In this document: one piece after another, positions 54,824-64,000 of the stretch
Layout: each line of letters begins with the position of its first letter
Position numbering within the stretch: the first letter of the stretch is position 1
Assembly (NCBI GenBank): GCA_963762565.1
Contig: CAVXLD010000009.1
Coordinates: 1 to 64,000, forward strand
DNA: 64,000 nt
From: an uncultured Verrucomicrobiae bacterium
GTDB lineage: Bacteria > Verrucomicrobiota > Verrucomicrobiia > Chthoniobacterales > JAFAMB01
Reading direction: 5' to 3'
Notes under the pieces: model-generated
Told to the model about the DNA's origin: nothing
The model's input: only the letters and a program-made list of their open reading frames with translations
Database searches by the model: none
Position numbers and translations under genes: made by a program

Positions 54824-55003
54824 ATGTTCCTCCTCCCCCTGATCGGGGCAGTATTTTTGTTCTCCGCCTGTACCAGCTACGAAGACTCAACGCACCACGG
54901 TTCCCGGACACAAGACGGCTGGTACGGAGGACAAGATGCCTATCAAAAGACCGGACAACCATCAATGCTCTCGGGCTGGCGGCCAGAATATGATGGGGAT
55001 TAA
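54824..55003 (+). CDS. Small lipoprotein
   Basis: Hydrophobic segment and lipobox FSAC. Confidence 0.55.
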   Translation: MFLLPLIGAVFLFSACTSYEDSTHHGSRTQDGWYGGQDAYQKTGQPSMLSGWRPEYDGD

Positions 55004-55112
55004 GGGCGCGGCCTGCACGGAGCGGAATGTGAAAAGTGAAAGGTGAAAAGAAAAGCCACGCGCAGCCTCTCACTTCTCACGGAGCAAGCTGCACTGCGGT
55101 GCCTACGGCTAT

Positions 55113-55143
55113 CGGCCTCGCAAGCGAGGCAGCGCTCCACGGC
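55113..55143. repeat. REP family C (CGGCCTCGCAAGCGAGGCAGCGCTCCACGGC)
   Basis: Identical to 57290-57320; inverted copy at 57133-57168; partial at 53491. Confidence 0.85.
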
Positions 55144-55245
55144 GCGCTCGTCCTTGAGTTTTCGCGCACCTGCCCCACATTACCCCCTTCCACGATGGAA
55201 ATAGGGCAATTACAAGACGTAACACAAACTAGGGGAGGAAAATTC

Positions 55246-56319
55246 ATGACGAAAACAGTTAAGCTTTTTATTCCGGGGCCGGTTGAAGTGTCGCCGAAGA
55301 CTTTCGCGGCGATGACGGCGCCCATGATCGGGCATCGCAGCGGGGATTTTAAGAATCTGTACCGCGAGATTCATCCGCGTCTGCAAACGCTTTTTCAGAC
55401 CAGTAAACAAGTCTATCTATCGACCTCTTCAGCCTGGGGGATCATGGAGGGAGCTATCCGGAACCTGGTCAATAAAGGGGTGCTCAACTGCATGTGCGGG
55501 GCGTTCTCCGATAAATGGTACGATGTGAGCCGGCGTTGCGGGAAAGAAGCATCTGCTCTGCAGGTCGAATGGGGACAACCGATTGATCCAGCGGCGGTGG
55601 ATCAGGCGTTAGCGACCGGGAAATTCGATGCTTTGACCCTCATCCACAACGAGACTTCGACCGGGGTAATGAACCCGTTGGCTGAGATCAGCGAGGTAGT
55701 TAAGAAATATCCGGATGTGGTTTTCATTTTGGATACGGTTTCCTCGTTTTCCGCGATGCCGATTCCTACAGAAGAGCTGGGGATCGATATGATTATCACC
55801 GGCAGCCAGAAAGCGTTGGCTCTACCACCCGGGTTCGCACTCTTTGCTTGCTCGGATAAAGCGATGGAACGGGCCGCCCAGGTCTCGGGACGTGGCTATT
55901 ATTTCGATCTCTTAGAGTTCAAAAAGAACGGGGAAGAATTCATGACCCCGAGTACTCCGAGCATCGCGCATATCTTCGGGCTTCGTTCCAAGCTGGAAGA
56001 TATCTTTGATGAAGGTTTAGAGAACCGGTTCCGGCGGCATCGCGAGACCAATGCGATCGTTCATGAATGGGTAAAAGAGAACGGTTTTGAGTTCTTCGCC
56101 AAGGAGGGTTTTCGCTCGGTGACTTTAACCTGCGTACGCAATAATCAGGAGATCGATGTCCCGCAGTTTACCAAAAAATTAAGGGATGAATTCGGTTTCC
56201 AGATCGATGGCGGTTACGGGAAGATCAAAGGGAAGAGTTTCCGGGTTTCGAATATGGGGGATGAGACGGTGGAGACGGTCAAACCGCTGCTCGAGGCGAT
56301 GACGCGCTGTTTGCCGTAA
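55246..56319 (+). CDS. Class V aminotransferase (alanine-glyoxylate/serine-pyruvate type)
   Basis: LFIPGP, HNETSTG, DTVSS, GSQKALALPPG. Confidence 0.92.
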   Translation: MTKTVKLFIPGPVEVSPKTFAAMTAPMIGHRSGDFKNLYREIHPRLQTLFQTSKQVYLSTSSAWGIMEGAIRNLVNKGVLNCMCGAFSDKWYDVSRRCGKEASALQVEWGQPIDPAAVDQALATGKFDALTLIHNETSTGVMNPLAEISEVVKKYPDVVFILDTVSSFSAMPIPTEELGIDMIITGSQKALALPPGFALFACSDKAMERAAQVSGRGYYFDLLEFKKNGEEFMTPSTPSIAHIFGLRSKLEDIFDEGLENRFRRHRETNAIVHEWVKENGFEFFAKEGFRSVTLTCVRNNQEIDVPQFTKKLRDEFGFQIDGGYGKIKGKSFRVSNMGDETVETVKPLLEAMTRCLP

Positions 56320-56327
56320 GGCAATAT

Positions 56328-56575
56328 CGTCCTCGTGCTCGTGCTCGTCCTCGTGCTTGAAGATTTTGGTCACGCGCTGGGCCACGGCTCGGCGCGCTTT
56401 TCGGTCTAGGCAGGTGGCGTCGCAGGTCCGATTCGGGGCCCCTGGCGATGCCAAGGGTTATTTCGGGAGCCTCGCCCCACCAACCAAGGGGCGGGCGAGC
56501 CTTTTTTAAGTTCAAAAGCGTCACGCGCGAACACATCCTTTCGAGGACGAGGACGACGACGAAGGACGAGTACGA
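56328..56575. repeat. Family A half-element flanked by inverted hexamer arrays (CTCGTG/CTCGTC ... GAGGAC/GACGAC)
   Basis: cgtcctcgtgctcgtgctcgtcctcg ... acggctcggc ... cgggagcctcgccccaccaa ... gaggacgaggacgacgacgaaggacgag. Confidence 0.8.
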
Positions 56576-56631
56576 TTCCTTGACCCGCGCGATTGACACC
56601 CAGACCCAACATTATCTAGACTTCGGCCACG

Positions 56632-57126
56632 ATGAAACTTCGTGTGGCCTTCTGTGCCCTCTCGCTTCTTCTGGCGCCTCTGGCCCTGGCGAAGGAAAGG
56701 ATGCTGGTCGAAGACCCAGACAATGTTGTGGTTGGGCGATATGCGATTACCGAATCCCAGAGAGCCGAAGCTCAACAAACTGCAGAAGCGTTTCTCGCGA
56801 GCGATAAGCTGGCCCAGGTACAAAAAGCTTATGCAATCCGCTATCTGGCGGTGGACGCAGCGCTAACACCGGATCAGAGCAGCAAAGAGCCACAGTCAAT
56901 GGCGGTCGCGGAAAAGCGCTTTAACCGTTACGGGGTGGACGTCGATCCAAATCAACCAACTCACGCGGTCGTAATCTATGACACCATGTGCCATCGCGTC
57001 ATTCACGGCCGGCTTTACACGGTGACATGGCTCCCGGAAAAATATCTCTACCAGCGCATGGATAGCTACGTCGTCATGTATATCGGCTCCTGGGGCGGCG
57101 AGGGGAAAGAGTCGCTGCGGAAGTAG
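56632..57126 (+). CDS. Hypothetical secreted protein
   Basis: Signal peptide ending ALA. Confidence 0.7.
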   Translation: MKLRVAFCALSLLLAPLALAKERMLVEDPDNVVVGRYAITESQRAEAQQTAEAFLASDKLAQVQKAYAIRYLAVDAALTPDQSSKEPQSMAVAEKRFNRYGVDVDPNQPTHAVVIYDTMCHRVIHGRLYTVTWLPEKYLYQRMDSYVVMYIGSWGGEGKESLRK

Positions 57127-57131
57127 GAGTT

Positions 57132-57321
57132 AGCCGTGGAGCGCTGCCTCGCTTGCGAGGCCGTGGTGCGCAAGGGGATAAAGTAACGCGCACGAAAGTT
57201 CTGCCTGCGCTCTATCGTTCATACCTTCATTCCTAGTAACAGAGCGTTGCCCGACTATAGGACTGAACGCTGCCATCCGTTGTTCACCACGGCCTCGCAA
57301 GCGAGGCAGCGCTCCACGGCT
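57132..57321. repeat. Inverted pair of family C REPs
   Basis: agccgtggagcgctgcctcgcttgcgaggccgtggtg / caccacggcctcgcaagcgaggcagcgctccacggct. Confidence 0.9.
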
Positions 57322-57416
57322 TGAGCCATTCAGCAAGGATTGACAGTGGCGCAAGCCGCTTGGCTGGCTACTCTCTTGCTTAGAAGATAGCGGCACGGCA
57401 TAGAGCGCAGACAGAC

Positions 57417-58292
57417 ATGGGCTTGCAAGACGATGTTCCCCTAGTTACCACGGCCTCGCTACCTGTCGCGCCCGTAGGCCTTGCGAAGGCGGAAGCGAGG
57501 CAGCGCTCCACGGCTCCGGCCGGCCCTCGCAATGAAACCGAGGAGCATTGGCTCCTTAAGAAACTCGCTCTTGGGTGGGCTTATCAGCGCGGATTTAACT
57601 GTATTTCCTTCGAGGTTCGGGCGCCTCGCTCCCCTTATCGGGTTGACGTAGCTGGGTATCGGCCGGCTCACGACCAGGAGTCCCCAGTCGTCGCGTTGTT
57701 CGAATGCAAACAGAATCGGCCGGATCTGGATCGCGATTCGGCCCAGACTGCAGCGATCGAGGTTGAGCTTCGTGGATCACAAGAGCGCAGACAAAATCTT
57801 GAGCGCCTGTTAGCCGTCCACTTCCCTACCGCCCGGACTCCGAGCTCGCTTTTCCCGGAGTGGGACCCGTTCGATCCCGAAAGATTGCCGCACTCCGGCT
57901 ATCGGCGGCTCATCCGAAGAATCATGGCGCTACAGCGGAAGTTGGAGGGAAACACGAAATTTGAACGGGTAACCCGGTATCGATTGGCCAATCTCCATTT
58001 TCTGGTGGCGCCAGCCGGATTGGTGAAATCGGAACGAGTACCTCCAGGCTGGGGGCTATTGGAACTGCGCAACAATGAGCAACTTGAACTCCTGATTCAG
58101 CCACGCTTTTACTCGATCACTAACGGGCTCGATTGGCTGGAACGAATTTGTAAGAACAGCACGGTTCGGTGGCTAAAGACGGTTGGGGCCCTCGCAGCGG
58201 AGACAAACGAACCCAACAATCCAACTTTAGGAAACGCGACCAGCGATCAACGTCCCTCGCCTCTGACACCCCTTTCCCTCCTTCGCCTTTGA
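57417..58292 (+). CDS. PD-(D/E)xK nuclease-fold hypothetical protein (MmcB-like motifs)
   Basis: FEV...RVDVAG...FECKQNRPDL; FLVAPAGLV...PPGWGLL. Confidence 0.7.
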   Translation: MGLQDDVPLVTTASLPVAPVGLAKAEARQRSTAPAGPRNETEEHWLLKKLALGWAYQRGFNCISFEVRAPRSPYRVDVAGYRPAHDQESPVVALFECKQNRPDLDRDSAQTAAIEVELRGSQERRQNLERLLAVHFPTARTPSSLFPEWDPFDPERLPHSGYRRLIRRIMALQRKLEGNTKFERVTRYRLANLHFLVAPAGLVKSERVPPGWGLLELRNNEQLELLIQPRFYSITNGLDWLERICKNSTVRWLKTVGALAAETNEPNNPTLGNATSDQRPSPLTPLSLLRL

Positions 58293-58311
58293 TTTTTCGG
58301 GACGGGCGATT

Positions 58312-61300
58312 CTACTGACACTTCGAAAGTGTAAATTGAAATGTTGCGCCGGGACCGTCATTCGATTCTGCCCAGAGGCGCCCGCCGTGATTTTCCACAA
58401 TAGAACGACTGATTGATAGACCCATGCCAAGGCCGCCAGGCTTGGTGGTTTGGAAAGCATCAAAGATTCGTTCGACATGTAACGGATCTAAGCCAATCCC
58501 TGAGTCGCGGACCGCAACCCGGATTTCGTCTCCTTCGCCGCGTTGAGTCGTGATTAGCAGATTTCGGGCATGATTCTCCACGGTGGCCATCGCTTCGATG
58601 GCGTTCAGAATCAGATTCACAACCACCTGCTGTAGTTGCACTCTGTCGCCCATCACTGGAGGAAGGTCGGCGGCCAGTTCCGTTCGTAGTACCAGATTGT
58701 TTCTACGCGCTTCACCCTGCGTGAGGGTGACAACTTCTTCAATCGCCTCGTTTAGATCCAACCGGTCCTTTGCCGTGCCGACCTTTTTAAAGAGGGATCG
58801 CATCCGCGAGATGACATCGCCGGCTCGCGTTCCATCGCGAATGATGCGGCGGATGGCTTCACCGACTTCGGAGAGGTTGGGCGGATCTCCGGTCAGCCAG
58901 CGCAGGCTCGCGTTCGCATTGGTTAGCATACCGGCAAGCGGTTGGTTAACTTCGTGAGCAATCGAGGCGGCCAACTCTCCCAGCGCTGTCACCCGAGTGA
59001 CATGAGCCAGTTCTGTCTGCGCCTCCGCCAAATGGGCCTGGCTCCGCCGAAGTGCCTCCTCGGCGCGCTTTTGTTCACTCAAGTCGAGCACAAAAGCGAC
59101 ACCCTCGTCCTGACCTTCTTCGAAGACGGCGGAGCCAACTAGAACGGGCACCCGGCTGCCATCGTTTCGGAAGTATTCTTTCTCGTACGGTTGAACAATC
59201 CCAGTCACTTTTATTTGTGCTACGGCCCGTTCAGTAACGTCGCGCCATTCCGTCGGAGTGAGGCTCCTCCAGCTCAGCCGCCCGGCAACAAGATCTTCAC
59301 GGTTGAAGTTCACCATGTGGAGAAACGCTTGGTTGGCTTCAATAATCTGGCCTTCAAGGTTCCAGATGAAGATCCCCATTATGTTCGCGTCGACCAGACG
59401 CCGAATCTTCGCTTCGCGTTTCTCCAGATCGTGATAAAGACGCGTATTCTCAAGCGAGATCGCGGCTTGCGAAGCAAGGAGTTTCAGCACCGCGATCCGC
59501 GTTGGGGTGAACACGTGCGGAGTCAGGTTATTTTCGAGGTAGAGCACGCCAATCAGTTTGGCTTGGTTAATCAAAGGCAAACAGAGAATGGAACGGGCGT
59601 GCTGCTGACGAATGTAGGTATCCCTAGAAAACGGAGGCTGCGCTGAAGCATCGTCGAGAATCACACTCGCCTGGGTTCGCACAACATAGTGGACGATGGA
59701 CTCTGGCACCGCAGCCTGAGCGAGGGACGCCTGTCCCAAACGCACGATGATCGTCTCGCCGCTGGTGGTGGCTTCCGCCTCAATCCGCTGCTCAACACCT
59801 CGCGGAAGAAGCAACAGACCTCGCTCAGCACCCGCGTGCTCGAGCGCTGTACGCATGAGTGTATCGATCAGTTTCTCCAAGACAATCTCGCCGGATACTG
59901 CTTGCGAGACTTTGATAACGGTAGCCAGATCCAGGTGTTCAACCGGGGTCCCAATTGTGCTCGCCGGACCGGGTACCGGCTCTTCCCCTCTTAGCTGCGG
60001 ATACAGTTCGTCGAGCTGCCGCACCTTACCGAGGGCTCCCCAACGACCATAACAGTACCGGGCATCCCGCAAATAGGTATGCGCGATCTTCGCAAGTCCG
60101 CGTGTGGCATAAAAGCGGGCTGCCAGCTCGTTGGCGAGCGCCTCATTGTGTACGAAGCCATTTTCAAATGCAGACCGTATTGCCTGTTCGTAAAGATGTT
60201 CAGCCTCTAATGGTCGACCTTGGACGCGCTCGATCTCTGCGCCCACTAGAGCGACACGGTTCTCGAAATTCTCGGGGCAGTTCTCCTCCCATATTTGCAG
60301 TTGTCTATCGTGAGCAGCCAGAGCGTCAAGGTGCTGCCGTTGCTGGTCGGGAAATGCGGAATCGCAGGAAGCCGCATGAGCAAGCGCACTATAGAAGTGA
60401 TACTCCGCCGTCTCAAAGATTGACGGCGCTGCCCAGAGGAGCCGTTGTGCTTTTGAAGATGCGTCGAGGGCCGTATCGTAGTCCCCGGCAAAGAAGCGTG
60501 CTTGCAGCTTTCGGATCCAGTACCAGAGCTGGGGCAGCGTAGCTGCCGGAACGCTGGCAAAATGCCGCTCGATATCGGCCTCGTCATCGAAGGAGCCAAA
60601 CTTTTTGGTCAAACCCCTCAGGGTCCGGATTAGCGCGAGTTGCGGACCGATGACGCCAATGAAATAGGCGAATCGAGCCCTGCCGGCAAATTCAAGGCCA
60701 TTCTCGGCTACGCGTTGTGCCTCCACCAGGGGATGTCCAGTCGCAAGAGAGTTCGCCGTGAGGTGTTCGAAGGTGACCGCAACAGCGAAAAGGTCGCCGA
60801 CCTTATACGCTGCATCAAAAGCTCGCTGGGTGAACTCGCGACTGACTCGGAGATGTTTCGTCCAGGGCATAACGAATTGCCCAAACCACATGTAGGTTCT
60901 GGCCTGGAAACGCTGCAACTCGCCTTTTTCGACCAGTTCGTAACCCAGCCGGCCGAAACGAAACCCAGCCTTGTAGTTGCCGAAGTGCACCCCAGCTATC
61001 GCCCCAAACCACACATAAGCAACGCAAGAGCCGTCGCTGTGCCCTTGCTCGAGGCTCAGATTTACCGCCCGGCAGACGGTTAGCGAAAGAAGGTTCGGAT
61101 CCGTAAACATCGCGGGCGGCAAGAGCTTGATCAAAACATCCATTGTCCCAAGGGAAGTCGGATCGTCCATCAATGGCAATCCAATGAGCCCCTCGACCGT
61201 ACGCGTGCCAAGCCGTGCCCAAATTTGCTGATACTCCTGCCGGGCCTCCTCCTCTGTGGGATGGGACGACCATTCGATGCCTAGATAGCGAAGGTAATCG

Positions 61301-63945
61301 AGAGAGACAGCGATCGCCCGACTGCTCTCATTTAGGCTCGTGTACAAATCGATGAGCAAGGATGTGACCGTCGCCAAGTCGACGGCATTTGATGCCCGGG
61401 ATGAAAGCGCGGTCAAACGCTGCTCCGCAGCCGCTGTTTGGCCAGTCAGGAACTCGCATTCGGCCCGGAGCAACACCAGCGGGAAGATGAGGTGATACTT
61501 GCTATCCCAACAGTCGCCAGACAACAGTTCGGCTCCGGTAGCAAGGTAGTTCAACGCTGAGACGTAAGCCGTAGAAGCTCTGGCTCGCTTGCCCGCGATG
61601 AGGTTTAGCTCGGCGAGTCGCTCGCGCTCGTCTCGTGAGGTGATCAAGGCCGCACCGCGATTTAGCTGGTTGACGATTTCGAAGACGGCTTCTTCCCTCT
61701 TTTCTGGAGTAAAGTGTTCCCACAGCAGCCTTCCTACTCGCAGATGACTCTCGGCACGCGAATGTTCACTAATTAGTGAATAAGCTGCTTCATGGATGCG
61801 ATCGTGAATAAACTTATAGGCGCCCTCCTGACGGGTGATGAACTCCAGACGAATCGCTTCCCATAGATCGGAGTGGACTTGGTCCTCTGATGTTCCGTGC
61901 ACAATGGAAACCGTGGTGATTTCTGCGCTGTTTCCCAAGCAGGCAAGTTCCTGCACTGCTTTCTGGGTCTGGATTGGCAGACGGTTCAACTTTCCGACCA
62001 TGAGCTCCACCACATTATCAGTGTAACCCTTGGCGTGAATGCGATTCAGATCCCAAACCCATCGCGCAGCGTTGTGATCGAAGGCGAGTAGCTGTTCCTC
62101 GACCAACGCATAGATAAACTGGATAACGAAGAATGGGTTACCAGCAGTCTTTTCGTGCACTAGTTGGGCCAGCGGGATAGCGCGTTCTGGTTCGCACTGA
62201 AGCGAATCCGCAATCAACTGTCCCAAATCTTCGCAGGCCAATGGCGCCAGGACGATTTCGTGCACCAGCGCTCCGGTTAGGCGAATCGCCTCCAGCCTGC
62301 GCCATAGGGGGTGGGTGGAATCGACTTCATTGTCTCTATATGCACCGATTAACATTAAATGGTGCACATCTGGCTGGGTCGATAAATCCTCCAGGAAATC
62401 CAGTGTTGCCGCGTCGAGCCATTGTAGATCATCGAGGAACAAGGCCAAGGGATGTTCCGGCCGCGCGAATACGCCGATAAATCGGCGCAATACGAGTTGG
62501 AAACGGCCTTGCGTAGCCTGTGGCGGAAGGTCAGGCACGGGAGGCTGTTCTCCTATAATGAGCTTCAATTCAGGAACCAGATCCACGATGAGCTTTGCAT
62601 TCGGCTCGAGCGCTGCGCAAAAGGCGTCGCGCCAGATTTGCAGCTCGGATTCGCTCTTACTCAAAAGCGGACGGATAAGGTCGTTAAAGGCTTGAGCTAG
62701 AGTAGCGTAAGGGACATCGCGCTTGTACTGGTCGAACTTGCCGAACGCGAAGAGCCCACGCGGCGGAACGAGCGCCTTGTGCAACTCGTGTACTACCGAG
62801 GACTTGCCGATACCGGAATAGCCGGATACGAGCACCAGATTCGTTTTACCGGTGGTGACGACCTGATCAAAGGCATCCAGAAGCGTTTTGATCTCTCGAT
62901 CACGACCGTACAGTTTTTCCGGCGTATGGAGCCGATCTGAAATGTCGTCCTTGCCGAGGGAGAACGAGTTAATGCGTCTATGAGCTTCCCACTCGGTCAG
63001 GCATTTTCTCAGGTCAGCCACCAACCCGGCCGCCGTCTGGTAGCGGTCCTCGGCCGTTTTCGAGAGCAGTTTCAAAATGATGGCTGAGACGATCTCTGGC
63101 GCATCCTGCCGCCACTGACGAAGCGGAATTGGATGTCGCGCGATATGGCAGTGAACCCATTCCATCGGATCGGAAGCGATGAAGGGAAGACTCCCAGTCA
63201 GCATTTGGTAAAACGTGACGCCGAGCGAATAGAGATCGCTCCGGGAATCAATGGAACGATTCATTCGCCCGGTCTGCTCGGGCGCCATGTAGGGGAGTGT
63301 CCCGGCGATAAACTCGGGAGGTTCGGGAGCCTGACGCTCTCGTCGAAGCCGCGACGCAACTAACAAGCCCGTCAGCCAGCACTGGCCGGTGACAGGGTTG
63401 ACCAGAACATTGGCTGGCTTGATGTCTTTGTGGATAATGCCGCGGTGATGCAAGTGCCCAATGGCCATCGAAAGGCCGATAGCCATACGCAACCAAAACG
63501 CTAAATCCACTGGCTGACTGAGCGATTGATCAAGAGGCGCGCCACCGGGATCCTCCAATACAAGTACCGGCCGGTCCCAGTGGCGAGCAATTCCAATTGG
63601 CCGGGCAGCCCATTTCGGGTCAAGCTCTTCCCTCAGAGAATATGCGTGCTCCAGCCATTTCAGAATTTCCGGTGCAGCATACTCCGCCATAGGCGCAAGC
63701 ACGAGAACCCGACTAAGTCCCGCATCCGCGGGACTTAGTCGCGGCTCTTGACTGACGTCAGCCTTACCCAAGATTGAGGGCCCGCTGTAGCCTGCGACGG
63801 CGGCCTGAGATCCCTCGTCATTACTCCGTCCGCGATAAAGGATAAAGTCTTCTTCCTTCCGCAGCGACTCGAACGCATATCGCGATAGGTCAATCACAAG
63901 CCAGCTCCAGCTAACCACAATACACAGTTCGTGCCGAGCTACCAA
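58312..63945 (-). CDS. Hybrid Ser/Thr kinase-AAA ATPase-GAF-PAS-histidine kinase (start uncertain)
   Basis: HKDIKPAN, YMAPEQTGRMNR, GYSGIGKS, LDDLQW, LYLENN, AHEVNQPL, GMGLSIS. Confidence 0.93.
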   Translation of the reverse strand: MVARHELCIVVSWSWLVIDLSRYAFESLRKEEDFILYRGRSNDEGSQAAVAGYSGPSILGKADVSQEPRLSPADAGLSRVLVLAPMAEYAAPEILKWLEHAYSLREELDPKWAARPIGIARHWDRPVLVLEDPGGAPLDQSLSQPVDLAFWLRMAIGLSMAIGHLHHRGIIHKDIKPANVLVNPVTGQCWLTGLLVASRLRRERQAPEPPEFIAGTLPYMAPEQTGRMNRSIDSRSDLYSLGVTFYQMLTGSLPFIASDPMEWVHCHIARHPIPLRQWRQDAPEIVSAIILKLLSKTAEDRYQTAAGLVADLRKCLTEWEAHRRINSFSLGKDDISDRLHTPEKLYGRDREIKTLLDAFDQVVTTGKTNLVLVSGYSGIGKSSVVHELHKALVPPRGLFAFGKFDQYKRDVPYATLAQAFNDLIRPLLSKSESELQIWRDAFCAALEPNAKLIVDLVPELKLIIGEQPPVPDLPPQATQGRFQLVLRRFIGVFARPEHPLALFLDDLQWLDAATLDFLEDLSTQPDVHHLMLIGAYRDNEVDSTHPLWRRLEAIRLTGALVHEIVLAPLACEDLGQLIADSLQCEPERAIPLAQLVHEKTAGNPFFVIQFIYALVEEQLLAFDHNAARWVWDLNRIHAKGYTDNVVELMVGKLNRLPIQTQKAVQELACLGNSAEITTVSIVHGTSEDQVHSDLWEAIRLEFITRQEGAYKFIHDRIHEAAYSLISEHSRAESHLRVGRLLWEHFTPEKREEAVFEIVNQLNRGAALITSRDERERLAELNLIAGKRARASTAYVSALNYLATGAELLSGDCWDSKYHLIFPLVLLRAECEFLTGQTAAAEQRLTALSSRASNAVDLATVTSLLIDLYTSLNESSRAIAVSLDYLRYLGIEWSSHPTEEEARQEYQQIWARLGTRTVEGLIGLPLMDDPTSLGTMDVLIKLLPPAMFTDPNLLSLTVCRAVNLSLEQGHSDGSCVAYVWFGAIAGVHFGNYKAGFRFGRLGYELVEKGELQRFQARTYMWFGQFVMPWTKHLRVSREFTQRAFDAAYKVGDLFAVAVTFEHLTANSLATGHPLVEAQRVAENGLEFAGRARFAYFIGVIGPQLALIRTLRGLTKKFGSFDDEADIERHFASVPAATLPQLWYWIRKLQARFFAGDYDTALDASSKAQRLLWAAPSIFETAEYHFYSALAHAASCDSAFPDQQRQHLDALAAHDRQLQIWEENCPENFENRVALVGAEIERVQGRPLEAEHLYEQAIRSAFENGFVHNEALANELAARFYATRGLAKIAHTYLRDARYCYGRWGALGKVRQLDELYPQLRGEEPVPGPASTIGTPVEHLDLATVIKVSQAVSGEIVLEKLIDTLMRTALEHAGAERGLLLLPRGVEQRIEAEATTSGETIIVRLGQASLAQAAVPESIVHYVVRTQASVILDDASAQPPFSRDTYIRQQHARSILCLPLINQAKLIGVLYLENNLTPHVFTPTRIAVLKLLASQAAISLENTRLYHDLEKREAKIRRLVDANIMGIFIWNLEGQIIEANQAFLHMVNFNREDLVAGRLSWRSLTPTEWRDVTERAVAQIKVTGIVQPYEKEYFRNDGSRVPVLVGSAVFEEGQDEGVAFVLDLSEQKRAEEALRRSQAHLAEAQTELAHVTRVTALGELAASIAHEVNQPLAGMLTNANASLRWLTGDPPNLSEVGEAIRRIIRDGTRAGDVISRMRSLFKKVGTAKDRLDLNEAIEEVVTLTQGEARRNNLVLRTELAADLPPVMGDRVQLQQVVVNLILNAIEAMATVENHARNLLITTQRGEGDEIRVAVRDSGIGLDPLHVERIFDAFQTTKPGGLGMGLSISRSIVENHGGRLWAESNDGPGATFQFTLSKCQ

Positions 63946-64000
63946 AAGGCGGTTGGTGCGTGTGTCGGGGTAGCCGCTGGCTTAGTGGATAGATGGCCAC

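Noticed and set aside
63340..63440. Degenerate DFG/VAIK motifs in the hybrid kinase
   Set aside because: Such divergence is, to my knowledge, common in this STK-AAA-GAF-HK family

Overview
Bacterial chromosomal window of about 55% GC. Gene content and order (kdsB-pyrG, phoH-7TM-HD-ybeY) suggest a soil Verrucomicrobiota-like organism, which is an inference. Most genes are housekeeping or metabolic: ClC channel, GH1 glucosidase, LPS heptose/KDO genes, pyrG, an ivd/etfBA/FadF-like/acyl-CoA dehydrogenase block, ffh-rpsP-khpA, purB, putA, ileS-lspA, CCA enzyme, tRNA-Arg(UCU) and two-component genes. Intergenic space is crowded with several REP/MITE-like palindrome families and 6-9 bp tandem repeats. 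The standout is an IS110-family (IS1111-type) element at about 30251-31854, inserted inside one arm of a dispersed palindrome. Its 3' non-coding region contains an internal loop whose two strands match the left and right halves of the reconstructed target, which reads as a bridge/seekRNA target-binding loop. A 7-nt match to the predicted circle junction lies nearby, and several empty target copies occur elsewhere in the window. Other observations: repeats nested inside repeats (some in-frame in proteins), a leader-peptide attenuator with an unannotated small ORF upstream of the CCA gene, an intact but catalytically degenerate carbamoyltransferase behind an RfaH paralog, and a duplicated SigG-type promoter. 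Four genes carry +1 frameshifts that are probably sequencing errors.
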